Below, piece by piece: positions 1-7,704 of a DNA stretch of 44,628 nucleotides. A model generated the notes under the pieces. The model did no database searches. It had not been told where the DNA came from and saw nothing but the letters and a program-made list of their open reading frames with translations. Within the stretch, counting starts at the first letter, position 1. Every line of letters begins with the position of its first letter. The DNA comes from Candidatus Eiseniibacteriota bacterium (GTDB lineage: Bacteria; Orphanbacterota; Orphanbacteria; Orphanbacterales; Orphanbacteraceae): positions 1-44,628 of the forward strand of contig JBDROZ010000019.1 of assembly GCA_043809585.1 (NCBI GenBank). The letters are read 5' to 3'. The position numbers and the translations under genes are program-made.

Positions 1-135
1 ATCTCAGGGCTGGCCTCGCGTCGATCCTGCCGGTCGGAGCTTCGCAGAGGCGAGAATCAAACGACCAGGCTACGCACGTAGACTCCTTCGTCGAACCGTT
101 CTCGGACGCGGGTTCGATTCCCGCCGCCTCCACCA
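1..135 (+). ncRNA. ssrA: tmRNA, 3' part (5' part lies outside the window)
   Basis: Ends in the tRNA-like T-arm/acceptor GGACGCGGGTTCGATTCCCGCCGCCTCCACCA, preceded by CTACGCACGTAGA as seen in tmRNA 3' regions; no D-arm/anticodon arm of a tRNA upstream. Confidence 0.88.
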
Positions 136-143
136 GCCTTCGC

Positions 144-395
144 CAAGGCTTCGGCTGGCAAGCCAGCATCGCAAGGGGAAGGACTCGGCCCCGAAGCCGA
201 GGCGAAGGCTGTCCGCCGAAGCTCTCCGAAGGAGAGCGAAGGCAGACTCCCCGACCACGGGTCCGTCCCGCCTCCGAACAAGGCTTCGGCTGGCAAGCCA
301 GCATCGCAAGGGGAAGGACTCGGCCCCGAAGCCGAGGCGAAGGCTGTCCGCCGAAGCTCTCCGAAGGAGAGCGAAGGCGGACTCCCCGACCACGG
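144..395. repeat. Two copies of a 117-bp palindromic REP-like unit (144-260, 279-395; period 135)
   Basis: Copies differ at one base (GGCAGACT vs GGCGGACT). Internal hairpins CTCGGC-CCCGAA-GCCGAG (184-201, 319-336) and GCTCTCC-GAA-GGAGAGC (221-237, 356-372). Confidence 0.92.
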
Positions 396-441
396 CATCT
401 CCCACTATCCGAACAGCCATCTCTTTCCGGAATCATCTATC

Positions 442-684
442 ATGAGATTTGTATACCTGATCCAGAGCATTCCGTACCCCGATCGGCGTTACATCGGCCT
501 GACGTCCGACCTTCGAAAACGCCTACAGGCTCACGACAGAGGGTGTTCACCGCACACATCGAGATTCCGTCCGTGGAAACTGATAGCCTACATAGCCTTC
601 GAGAGGGACGACAAGGCTGCAAATTTCGAGCGCTATCTGAAATCCGGATCGGGCCGGGCTTTCGCAAGACGGCGGATTTGGTAA
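442..684 (+). CDS. Small stand-alone GIY-YIG nuclease family protein (80 aa)
   Basis: FVYLIQS...YIGLTSDLRKRLQAH...HTSRFRPWKL...AANFERYLKSGSGR contains the GIY-YIG motifs, the conserved Arg/His and the catalytic Glu. Confidence 0.9.
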   Translation: MRFVYLIQSIPYPDRRYIGLTSDLRKRLQAHDRGCSPHTSRFRPWKLIAYIAFERDDKAANFERYLKSGSGRAFARRRIW

Positions 685-692
685 GGGCCTCT

Positions 693-1093
693 GCAATTCC
701 GGCAATTCCGGGGACGCCGTGCTTGATTCCGCCCCGCCTCTCTTCGGCCTGCCACAGGACCCCATACATCATGTCTTCGCGTTTCGATCCGTGGAGCAGC
801 GCCCGAGCCCATCTTCTCCGCAAGGACGATTCCCTCGTACTGGTGCAGCCCCTGCTCGAGATGACTCCGGATGGGAAGGCGTTTCTCGAGGATCCCCTCA
901 CCCACTGCGACATGGAAAGAATCCGGATCCATCAGCGCACGGGCAGACCACTGGGCGACATGAGTTTCATCCTTCCGCTCGAATCGCATCTCCATCGCGT
1001 ACTTCGGAAAGGAAAACCCGGCCCGAAACCACGAGAAGAGCCGAAATAAGTATGGCGTCCCCGGAACTCTCGTCCCCGGAACTCCCCGGAACT
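693..1093. mobile_element. Inverted-repeat-bounded, internally deleted RAYT (REP-associated tyrosine transposase) element
   Basis: Left AATTCCGGGGACGCCGTGCTTGATT (704-728) is an imperfect inverse of right AAATAAGTATGGCGTCCCCGGAACT (1044-1068). Extra end units: GCAATTCCG x2 on the left, TCCCCGGAACT x3 on the right. Confidence 0.65.
789..1049 (+). pseudogene. C-terminal remnant of a RAYT / IS200-like Y1 transposase
   Basis: PWSSARAHL...DDSLVLVQPLL...IRIHQRTGRPLGDMSF...LE...KPGPK matches RAYT C-termini; the HuH and catalytic Tyr regions are absent. Confidence 0.7.
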
Positions 1094-1104
1094 CGCGCCG
1101 GCCG

Positions 1105-4100
1105 CTACCTCAAGAGAACCACGCGCCTCGACTCCTGCTGACTTCCCGCGTGGAGCGTAACGAAGTAGACGCCGGATGATACGGCCTTCCCATCATCGTC
1201 GAGCCCATCCCATTCGATGGAATGGACCCCTCCGGCCATCGCCGCTCCCTCGATCAGTCTCCGGATCACCTGTCCCTTCACATTGTGCACGAGCAGATTC
1301 ACCACGGCACGATCGGGCAGGTTCAACCGGATCTCGGTCGAAGGATTGAACGGATTCGGGACGTTCGGAGAGAGGTACATCCTCACCGGCAACGGTTCGA
1401 ACGCGGGGACGCTCGTCGCCGTGGTTCCCGAGGCGTACAGGAGACTCCCTGAGGTCGCGTCCCGGTAGCTCACGTGGGGATCGCCGTTCGCATCGAGGCG
1501 AAGGGAGCTGTACCGGCCGACATCGTTGGCCGAGCTGTCCGCCGCCTGAATGTGCCATGTTCCTCCGATCCGGCGGGCATATTTGAGATTCCCGAGAGTG
1601 TTGTCGGCGTAGGTGACGTGGGGGTTTCCGCTCGAGTCGAGCTCGAGGGATGTGTCCCGTCCGTCGTTCGAGGAGCCCCCGTCGGCGATCTCGAGATGCC
1701 ACGAGCCGCCCGACTTGTAGGCATACTTCAGATCCTGGTTCGTCTCCCCGCGATAGCTGATGCAGGGATCGCCCGAAGCGCCCACCTCGATCGAACTGTG
1801 GGAACCGACGTTTCCGGATTCGTCCACGACCTCGATGATCCACGTAACGCCGTCCCTCTTCGCATACTTGAGATTGTCCCCGGTGGCGTCGTAGTAGCTG
1901 AAATGCTCGGTGCCGTCACCTTGTAAAGCGATGGACGGCCACGTACCGACATCGGCTCCCGTATCGACCACCTCGATCGACCAAACGCCTTCTACCTTCG
2001 TGGCGAGCATGAGTGAGCCCGCTCCCCCACTCCCTCGATAGTACGCAATATGAGGAGTATCAGCCGAATCAAGCGCGATCGACGTATAGAAGCCGGTGTT
2101 GGGCGCCGTGTCCACGACCTCGACCTGCCAGACTCCCGACTCGAGGCGGGCGTACTTCAGGTAGTAATTCGACTCATCGGTGTAGCTGATGTGCGGGTCG
2201 TCCTGGGCATCGAGGGCGAGGGAATTCCAGCCCCCGACCGTCCCCGTGGAATCGACTTTGGTGTGGCTCCAGCTCCTCCCGGACTTGACCGCATACCGGA
2301 GATCGCCGTTCGTCTCGTCGTAGTAACTGATGTGGGGCCTCGTTTGGGAATCGAGATCGAGCGAAGTGTAAGGGCCTACATCACCCGATCCGTCCACGAT
2401 CTCGATGGTAAAGACGATCTCCGACGAACCGGGATCGTACGGCACGATCCGGAAGTCGGCGTCCGACTCGTCGGAGCCTTCGTTCAACTCCGCGTCGCTG
2501 CAGACCACCCGGATCCGGCAGTCAGGCTCGTCGATGTCCGGGACGGTCCACACGTAGCTCGTCTCCGCGGCGAGCGATGCCAGGGTGTCCGGGTAGCTCG
2601 CCCCGCCGTCGATCGAGAGCAGCACGTAGGTCGCCGTGACGCCCACGTCGTCGGTCGACGTCCAGAGGACCGTGTAGTCGGTCAGTCCGTCGATCTCTTC
2701 CCCGCCGTTGGGGGCGATCATGTTGACATCCGGCCCGTCCCCTTGGTACTCGCACTCGTCGGGGATCCCGTTGTCGTTCAGATCGAGGGAAGTGGTGCTG
2801 TCGATGTCCTCGTCGTCGGGTATGCCGTTGCCGTTGCAATCGAAGCGGAGGGAGCTGAGGTACTCGAGCAACTCCAAGGTGTAACCGTCGACAGAATCCG
2901 GGAATTCCGGAGGTGGGAAAGTGTCCGCCATCGCCTTGCTTCGCGGGGCGGGCGCAGGTAGATAGAACAGGTTGGCCCAGTCATCATACCCGTTGAGATA
3001 CTCCCCCGGAGTAGGATTCTGTCTATTGTCGACGAAGTTCGCGTCCGCCTGTACGGTGCCGAACCAGAACAGGTTGCGATTCCAGTCTACCGGAGAGGCC
3101 ATGTTTACGATTTGAGGACCGGTTCCTCCGGGCGGAGGTCCTACAGGCACCCAGCGGAGTAGGAAAGCCGGATCCGCCGAAATACTGAAGAGCTCGTTGA
3201 GCTGCGCTTCATCCAAGCCCGGCATGGCTGCCCGCGAATAGTCGAGTTTCCAGCTCTGCCTGAATAGCCACAGGGGTAGGGCGCCGGTTCCCGCCAGCCG
3301 TACTCGGTTCGGAGCTGTCCAGGTGTAGTTCATGACGCTGAAGTAGTTCGGCTTGTGGTTTACATTCCACGATCCGATATCAGGTCCTCCACCGTGATCG
3401 AGCCCGAGCGAATGTCCTAATTCGTGCATGAACGTGGCTGCATATTCGTCTCTGGAAGTGCCGACCCAAAGTCCCAATGTCACTGCAAAGTGTTTTGCGC
3501 GAATCCCGGCGATACCGCTGTCATCGCGCAGGACTGGTGGACTTCCCGTGTCGGCGAGAGCGTTGGCGTAGATGCAGTACCGGTAGGCTTTCCATTTGGC
3601 CAGGCGGACCTGCGGTTTTGTCAGCTCGTTGGCGGTTCCGAAGTACTGATTCATCACTGCTTGGAACTTCTGATTGACGTTCCCTCCCACTCCTACTGTC
3701 CACGGAGAGTCGAATGGAACGTTCGTGTGATCCACATGGGGGTCTACGATGATGCCGTCTACCAATCCTGGAATGTGGAGTTCAATGCCGTCCTCCCCAT
3801 CCCCCCCGGGTGGATCGTTAGGGACGGGTGAATCATGAAAGGCATCGACCACGTCTTGGAGGGCGTCCTGGAGGACTGCCGGAGCAAGACCTACCATTGC
3901 ATCGATCTCGACGTAAATGTCCTTGTGCTTCGGGTTAGCATTATGCAGCTTGTAGTTTTGGATCTGGGTCTTTACGGGGATGCCGTTCTTCTCCCAGGTA
4001 TCAGGCAGTCCATCCCCGTCTTTGTCCCCGCACGATTTGTCGAACGTCGCGTCCATCAAGATGTTCACCGAGGCGAGGGCATCGGAAATAGCCTGCGGTG

Positions 4101-4692
4101 GGCAGTACTGGGTGCCCGAGTTTCCGAAGTAGACGCTTCGAACCGGCCGACCGATAAGGGTGTCCGGGCACGCTGACGACGTATCGATGGCCACGTTGTC
4201 CTCGCTCACGAGGGAGGGAAGCGTGCCGCCGTCCCATTTGGCGATAATGGCGACGCGCGACGATGGGCCGGAGCAGCCAAGGCCCGAGAGGAAATTCCAT
4301 CCTTCGACCGGATCGATTCCCGAGAGGCTTCCGAGCGAGGTTCCCACCTTGCATCCGGCACTATCCACCTCGTAAAGATCGTAGGACATTGTGAACCCGT
4401 AGGAAGGCTGGACCGACCTCCAGTACCACCAGAATCCGGTGTTGCAGGTGTTCGTGTCAGGAAGATCGAAGATCACCCCGACCTCATCGTCTTGGGCCCA
4501 GCCGGACCATGTCAATACTTGATCTGAACAGAGGTTGTAGTAGACGATCGAGCAGGTCCCCGTAGCCGCGCCGTATCTTTCATGTCGCGAAATCTCTTCA
4601 TGGAGGGGCTGGCGTTCCAGATTCGCCAGATCTCCCCACGCGCCTGCGACCAGTGCTGCGATGAGCAAGAGTACAAGAGTAAGGTTTCTCAC
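1105..4692 (-). CDS. Secreted multidomain zinc metalloprotease (metzincin) with Ca-binding loops, propeller-like repeats and a FlgD-Ig/T9SS-like C-terminal domain
   Basis: GTG start at 4692 after AAGGAGG; signal peptide; DKDGDGLPD; HELGHSLGLDH plus Met-turn SVMNY; about seven SL-LD-xxx-PHISY repeats; C-terminal PNPFNPSTEI...WDG...SGVYF. Confidence 0.85.
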   Translation of the reverse strand: MRNLTLVLLLIAALVAGAWGDLANLERQPLHEEISRHERYGAATGTCSIVYYNLCSDQVLTWSGWAQDDEVGVIFDLPDTNTCNTGFWWYWRSVQPSYGFTMSYDLYEVDSAGCKVGTSLGSLSGIDPVEGWNFLSGLGCSGPSSRVAIIAKWDGGTLPSLVSEDNVAIDTSSACPDTLIGRPVRSVYFGNSGTQYCPPQAISDALASVNILMDATFDKSCGDKDGDGLPDTWEKNGIPVKTQIQNYKLHNANPKHKDIYVEIDAMVGLAPAVLQDALQDVVDAFHDSPVPNDPPGGDGEDGIELHIPGLVDGIIVDPHVDHTNVPFDSPWTVGVGGNVNQKFQAVMNQYFGTANELTKPQVRLAKWKAYRYCIYANALADTGSPPVLRDDSGIAGIRAKHFAVTLGLWVGTSRDEYAATFMHELGHSLGLDHGGGPDIGSWNVNHKPNYFSVMNYTWTAPNRVRLAGTGALPLWLFRQSWKLDYSRAAMPGLDEAQLNELFSISADPAFLLRWVPVGPPPGGTGPQIVNMASPVDWNRNLFWFGTVQADANFVDNRQNPTPGEYLNGYDDWANLFYLPAPAPRSKAMADTFPPPEFPDSVDGYTLELLEYLSSLRFDCNGNGIPDDEDIDSTTSLDLNDNGIPDECEYQGDGPDVNMIAPNGGEEIDGLTDYTVLWTSTDDVGVTATYVLLSIDGGASYPDTLASLAAETSYVWTVPDIDEPDCRIRVVCSDAELNEGSDESDADFRIVPYDPGSSEIVFTIEIVDGSGDVGPYTSLDLDSQTRPHISYYDETNGDLRYAVKSGRSWSHTKVDSTGTVGGWNSLALDAQDDPHISYTDESNYYLKYARLESGVWQVEVVDTAPNTGFYTSIALDSADTPHIAYYRGSGGAGSLMLATKVEGVWSIEVVDTGADVGTWPSIALQGDGTEHFSYYDATGDNLKYAKRDGVTWIIEVVDESGNVGSHSSIEVGASGDPCISYRGETNQDLKYAYKSGGSWHLEIADGGSSNDGRDTSLELDSSGNPHVTYADNTLGNLKYARRIGGTWHIQAADSSANDVGRYSSLRLDANGDPHVSYRDATSGSLLYASGTTATSVPAFEPLPVRMYLSPNVPNPFNPSTEIRLNLPDRAVVNLLVHNVKGQVIRRLIEGAAMAGGVHSIEWDGLDDDGKAVSSGVYFVTLHAGSQQESRRVVLLR

Positions 4693-5049
4693 AATGCCCT
4701 CCTTGTCAACTTGCCTCCAGGCGTTTCTGCCCATCTCTGCCGGCGATGGCGCCGTGCCAGACGGCAGTGAGCCCTCTGCGGATACCGGCTATCGGGCGTG
4801 GAAGTTCAGACGAGCGTGTGGATTCGGCGTCAAACGCCCGATTTCGAATGTTCAAGAGAAGCAGTGAGGGCCTTCACGGTGTGCTTTGGCATTCATGGTT
4901 CAATGGTCCGGCTGCCGAGTATACATGCTCCAGATACCCTTGTCCAGGTTCCGGTGTCCCGGCCATCCGGAGCGGATTCCGGCGACACGCCTCACACCCG
5001 AACCGGATCCGGTATCCGGTGCATCCCCCGCGCATGGAGCGGTTTGCGA

Positions 5050-5073
5050 TTCGACTCCCGCCGCCTCCACCAG
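5050..5073 (+). repeat. att-like second copy of the tmRNA 3' end
   Basis: TTCGACTCCCGCCGCCTCCACCAG matches 113-136 with one mismatch. Confidence 0.85.
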
Positions 5074-5104
5074 AAAAATGCGGCCCCGGCGATCGCCGGT
5101 GCCG
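5074..5104. terminator. Probable intrinsic (possibly bidirectional) terminator
   Basis: AAAAA then hairpin CGGC-C-CCGGC-GATC-GCCGG-T-GCCG; U-tract on the minus strand downstream of the TMTC-like gene. Confidence 0.55.
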
Positions 5105-5130
5105 TTCCCTCCTCTCGAATTCAAATCGCC

Positions 5131-7266
5131 CTAGCGTGACCGCCGGTGGGGTTCCAGGAGCCTGAGGAGTTCCGGGTCCGCCTTCTGGCCGAGTTCCGCG
5201 GCCCGGTCGGAGTGGGCGATCGCCTGCCCGTGCTCCCCCCGGGAGAGGTACAGTTCGGCGAGCTTGATGTGGGCCGGGGCGAAGTTCGGCTGGATCGCGA
5301 GGGCCCGGTTGAAGTGGGAGACGGCTTCGTCCGGCCTCCCCGCGCCCTGGCAGGCCACGCCCAGATTGTAGTGCGTCCCCATCTGGTTCGGATCGATGGC
5401 GAGGGACCGTTCATAGGCGGTGAGGGCCCGCGCCGGATCGCCTTTTCTCAGGTAGGTGTTTCCCAGCTCGTTGAGCGCTTCTACGTAGACGGGGTTGGCG
5501 GCGATCGCCCTTTCGAACTCGGCCGCGGCCTCGTCCAGCCGGCCTCCATCCCTGTGGACCAGTCCGAGGTTGTAATGGGCGACGGCGAGATCGGGCTTGA
5601 TCGCGATCGCCCGCCGGTACGCCTCCGCCGCCTGGTCCAGCGCCCCCTTCCCATGATGGGCGACGCCGAGGACGAGGTAGGTCTCCCCGTGATTCGGCTC
5701 GAGGTCCAGCGCCTTCTCGCACTCGCCGATCGCCTTGTCGTACATTCTCTTCTTTCCGTAGGCGTCTCCGAGATTGCGATGGGCGACGGCGAACCCCGGT
5801 CTCACGGCCACGGCCGCCTCGAGGGAAGTGATGGCCCCGTCCACGTCGCCCCGCCGGAGATGGTAGAGGCCGAGATTCACGTGGGCCTCCGCGAACCCGG
5901 GATCGATCTCCAGGGTTTTCCGGAAGAGCCGCGCCCCCTCTTCGGACCTTCCCTGCTTGGCCAGGACCTTTCCCAGGTTGTTGTACGCGAGCCAGGCGTG
6001 GGGGTTTCTTGTGATCGTGTCGCTCCAGAGCGTCTGTTCGTCGCGGTAGATCCGGCACTCACGAAACGTCATGATCCCGCATCCGATGAGCACCGCGGCG
6101 CCCAGAAACCAGCCCGCCTTCGCATGGAGCGTCACCCCGGCGATTCTCTTCACGACCTCCTCGCCCGCCAGAGCAATCAGGATCATGATGCCCAGACCGG
6201 CGAGATACTGGAAGTGGTTTTGGACGAAGGAGTACCGGAGGAAGTAGAAGTTGACCAATCCGGAGGCCGGGAGCAGCGTAACGACATAGTGCCCGAGGCC
6301 GAACCAGGCCAGGGTCGGGATCCTCTTTCTCTGCCACCAGAGAAGCGCCAGAAGCCCTGCCCACAGGGCCGCCGGCCAGTAGCTCAGGGGAAGGGCGGGA
6401 TCGATCTTCCATTGAGGGTAGATGAAGCTCATGTTGACGGGAAGGATGATCTTCGAGGCATAAAACAGCAGCACCCGGGGAACCACGATGATCCGCTGCG
6501 CCAGAGGATGGCTCCACTCCTCGCTGAGGGAGCCGAACCTGTGGGTCTCGAGAAAAGCAGTCATCACCGCCGGTGCGCTCCCGAGGGCAAAGAAAACGGA
6601 AACGCGGAGCAGGGATTTGACACGAATCGACCCGGCGCGCACGGTTTCCCAGACGAGCAGGGTCATGGCCAGGGTAAGGGTCACGGTCTTGCTGAGAAGC
6701 GCGCCGGTGAACGTCAACAGGCTCAGCCCGTAATCCCTGGCCTTCCTCGTTTCCAGGAACTTCAGGTAGAGGAGGAAAGAAGAGAAGTAGAAGCAGCCGG
6801 AGAGCAGGTTCTTCCTCTCCGTGGACCAGGCCACGGACTCGGCCTGGATGGGGTGCACGGCGAAGAGCGACGCGGTGAACAGCGCCAGCGGCCAGCGCAG
6901 CCCGAGCCTCTGGAGAAGAAGGAGAACGAGGATGGCGTTGACCGCGTGGAGAAGGACGTTGGTGACGTGATATCCGGAGGGGCTCATCCCCCAGAGCTTG
7001 TGCTCCAGGTAAAAAGAAGTGAACGTGAGCGGGTAATACTGGTACAGGTCGAACGAGCCCCAGATGCGGGAGAGGCCCCCCGGTTGCGTCAGGGCCGGAT
7101 TCTCGTAGATGTTCCCGGCATCATCCCATATGAAGCCGTTGAAGACGCAGGGGAAGTAGACGAGGCACACCATCAGGGCGATCAGGATCGCCCCGAGCCG
7201 GCTCCGAGTCCACGTTTTCGACGCAGGCGATTTCCGGGAGCGGTTCTTTTTCTTGCCTTTTTTCAT
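5131..7266 (-). CDS. TMTC-like GT-C membrane glycosyltransferase with C-terminal TPRs
   Basis: N-terminal FIWDD, YYPLT, YHVTNVLLH, LFAVHPIQAESVAW, many TM helices, then about 8 TPRs (AYNNLG/AHYNLG). Confidence 0.85.
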   Translation of the reverse strand: MKKGKKKNRSRKSPASKTWTRSRLGAILIALMVCLVYFPCVFNGFIWDDAGNIYENPALTQPGGLSRIWGSFDLYQYYPLTFTSFYLEHKLWGMSPSGYHVTNVLLHAVNAILVLLLLQRLGLRWPLALFTASLFAVHPIQAESVAWSTERKNLLSGCFYFSSFLLYLKFLETRKARDYGLSLLTFTGALLSKTVTLTLAMTLLVWETVRAGSIRVKSLLRVSVFFALGSAPAVMTAFLETHRFGSLSEEWSHPLAQRIIVVPRVLLFYASKIILPVNMSFIYPQWKIDPALPLSYWPAALWAGLLALLWWQRKRIPTLAWFGLGHYVVTLLPASGLVNFYFLRYSFVQNHFQYLAGLGIMILIALAGEEVVKRIAGVTLHAKAGWFLGAAVLIGCGIMTFRECRIYRDEQTLWSDTITRNPHAWLAYNNLGKVLAKQGRSEEGARLFRKTLEIDPGFAEAHVNLGLYHLRRGDVDGAITSLEAAVAVRPGFAVAHRNLGDAYGKKRMYDKAIGECEKALDLEPNHGETYLVLGVAHHGKGALDQAAEAYRRAIAIKPDLAVAHYNLGLVHRDGGRLDEAAAEFERAIAANPVYVEALNELGNTYLRKGDPARALTAYERSLAIDPNQMGTHYNLGVACQGAGRPDEAVSHFNRALAIQPNFAPAHIKLAELYLSRGEHGQAIAHSDRAAELGQKADPELLRLLEPHRRSR

Positions 7267-7704
7267 ATGGACTCACGAATGGAGTCGGACCTTAGAACCG
7301 GTTTCACAACCTCCATTCTACTGCGATCGGCTGCAAGGCCCGGCGGCTGCGTACTCGGGCAAAAACGTCCTCAATGGCCTTCTTAGGCCACCTCCGGGCG
7401 TTTTCCCCCTCGATCCTTGCCGCCGAACCTTTCGCTCGATCTCGCGACGAAGGAGGTTGTGAAACCGATTCTAACCTACCCCTCGCATTGTACCACTTTC
7501 AGAGTGAGCCTCTCGAGACTCGTTTCCTCCGCGCCTGGAGATCGACTCCTCTCGCCCGCCGTCGGCAACGGGGAGACGTCTTGAACCGGCAAGAGAGCGG
7601 GCAATGAGAATCGGAATCGCCATGGCGGCGGCGCCCGGAAACGATTACATGTAATGAATAGGGTAAGTCCGCCCGCGGGCGTCCGAGTAGGGAGGAGTTG
7701 GCAG

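Larger units (their letters stand above)
113..5073. mobile_element. Genomic islet integrated at the tmRNA 3' end, no integrase present
   Basis: Direct repeat TTCGA(T/C)TCCCGCCGCCTCCACCAG at 113-136 and 5050-5073 (23/24 identical), i.e. an attL/attR-like duplication of the tmRNA 3' end. Confidence 0.8.

Noticed and set aside
144-395. CRISPR array
   Set aside because: Only two 117-bp units with one 18-bp gap, and no cas genes.
57-420. Minus-strand ORFs 57-398 and 70-420
   Set aside because: Translations of the tmRNA antisense strand and the palindromic repeat; not protein-like.
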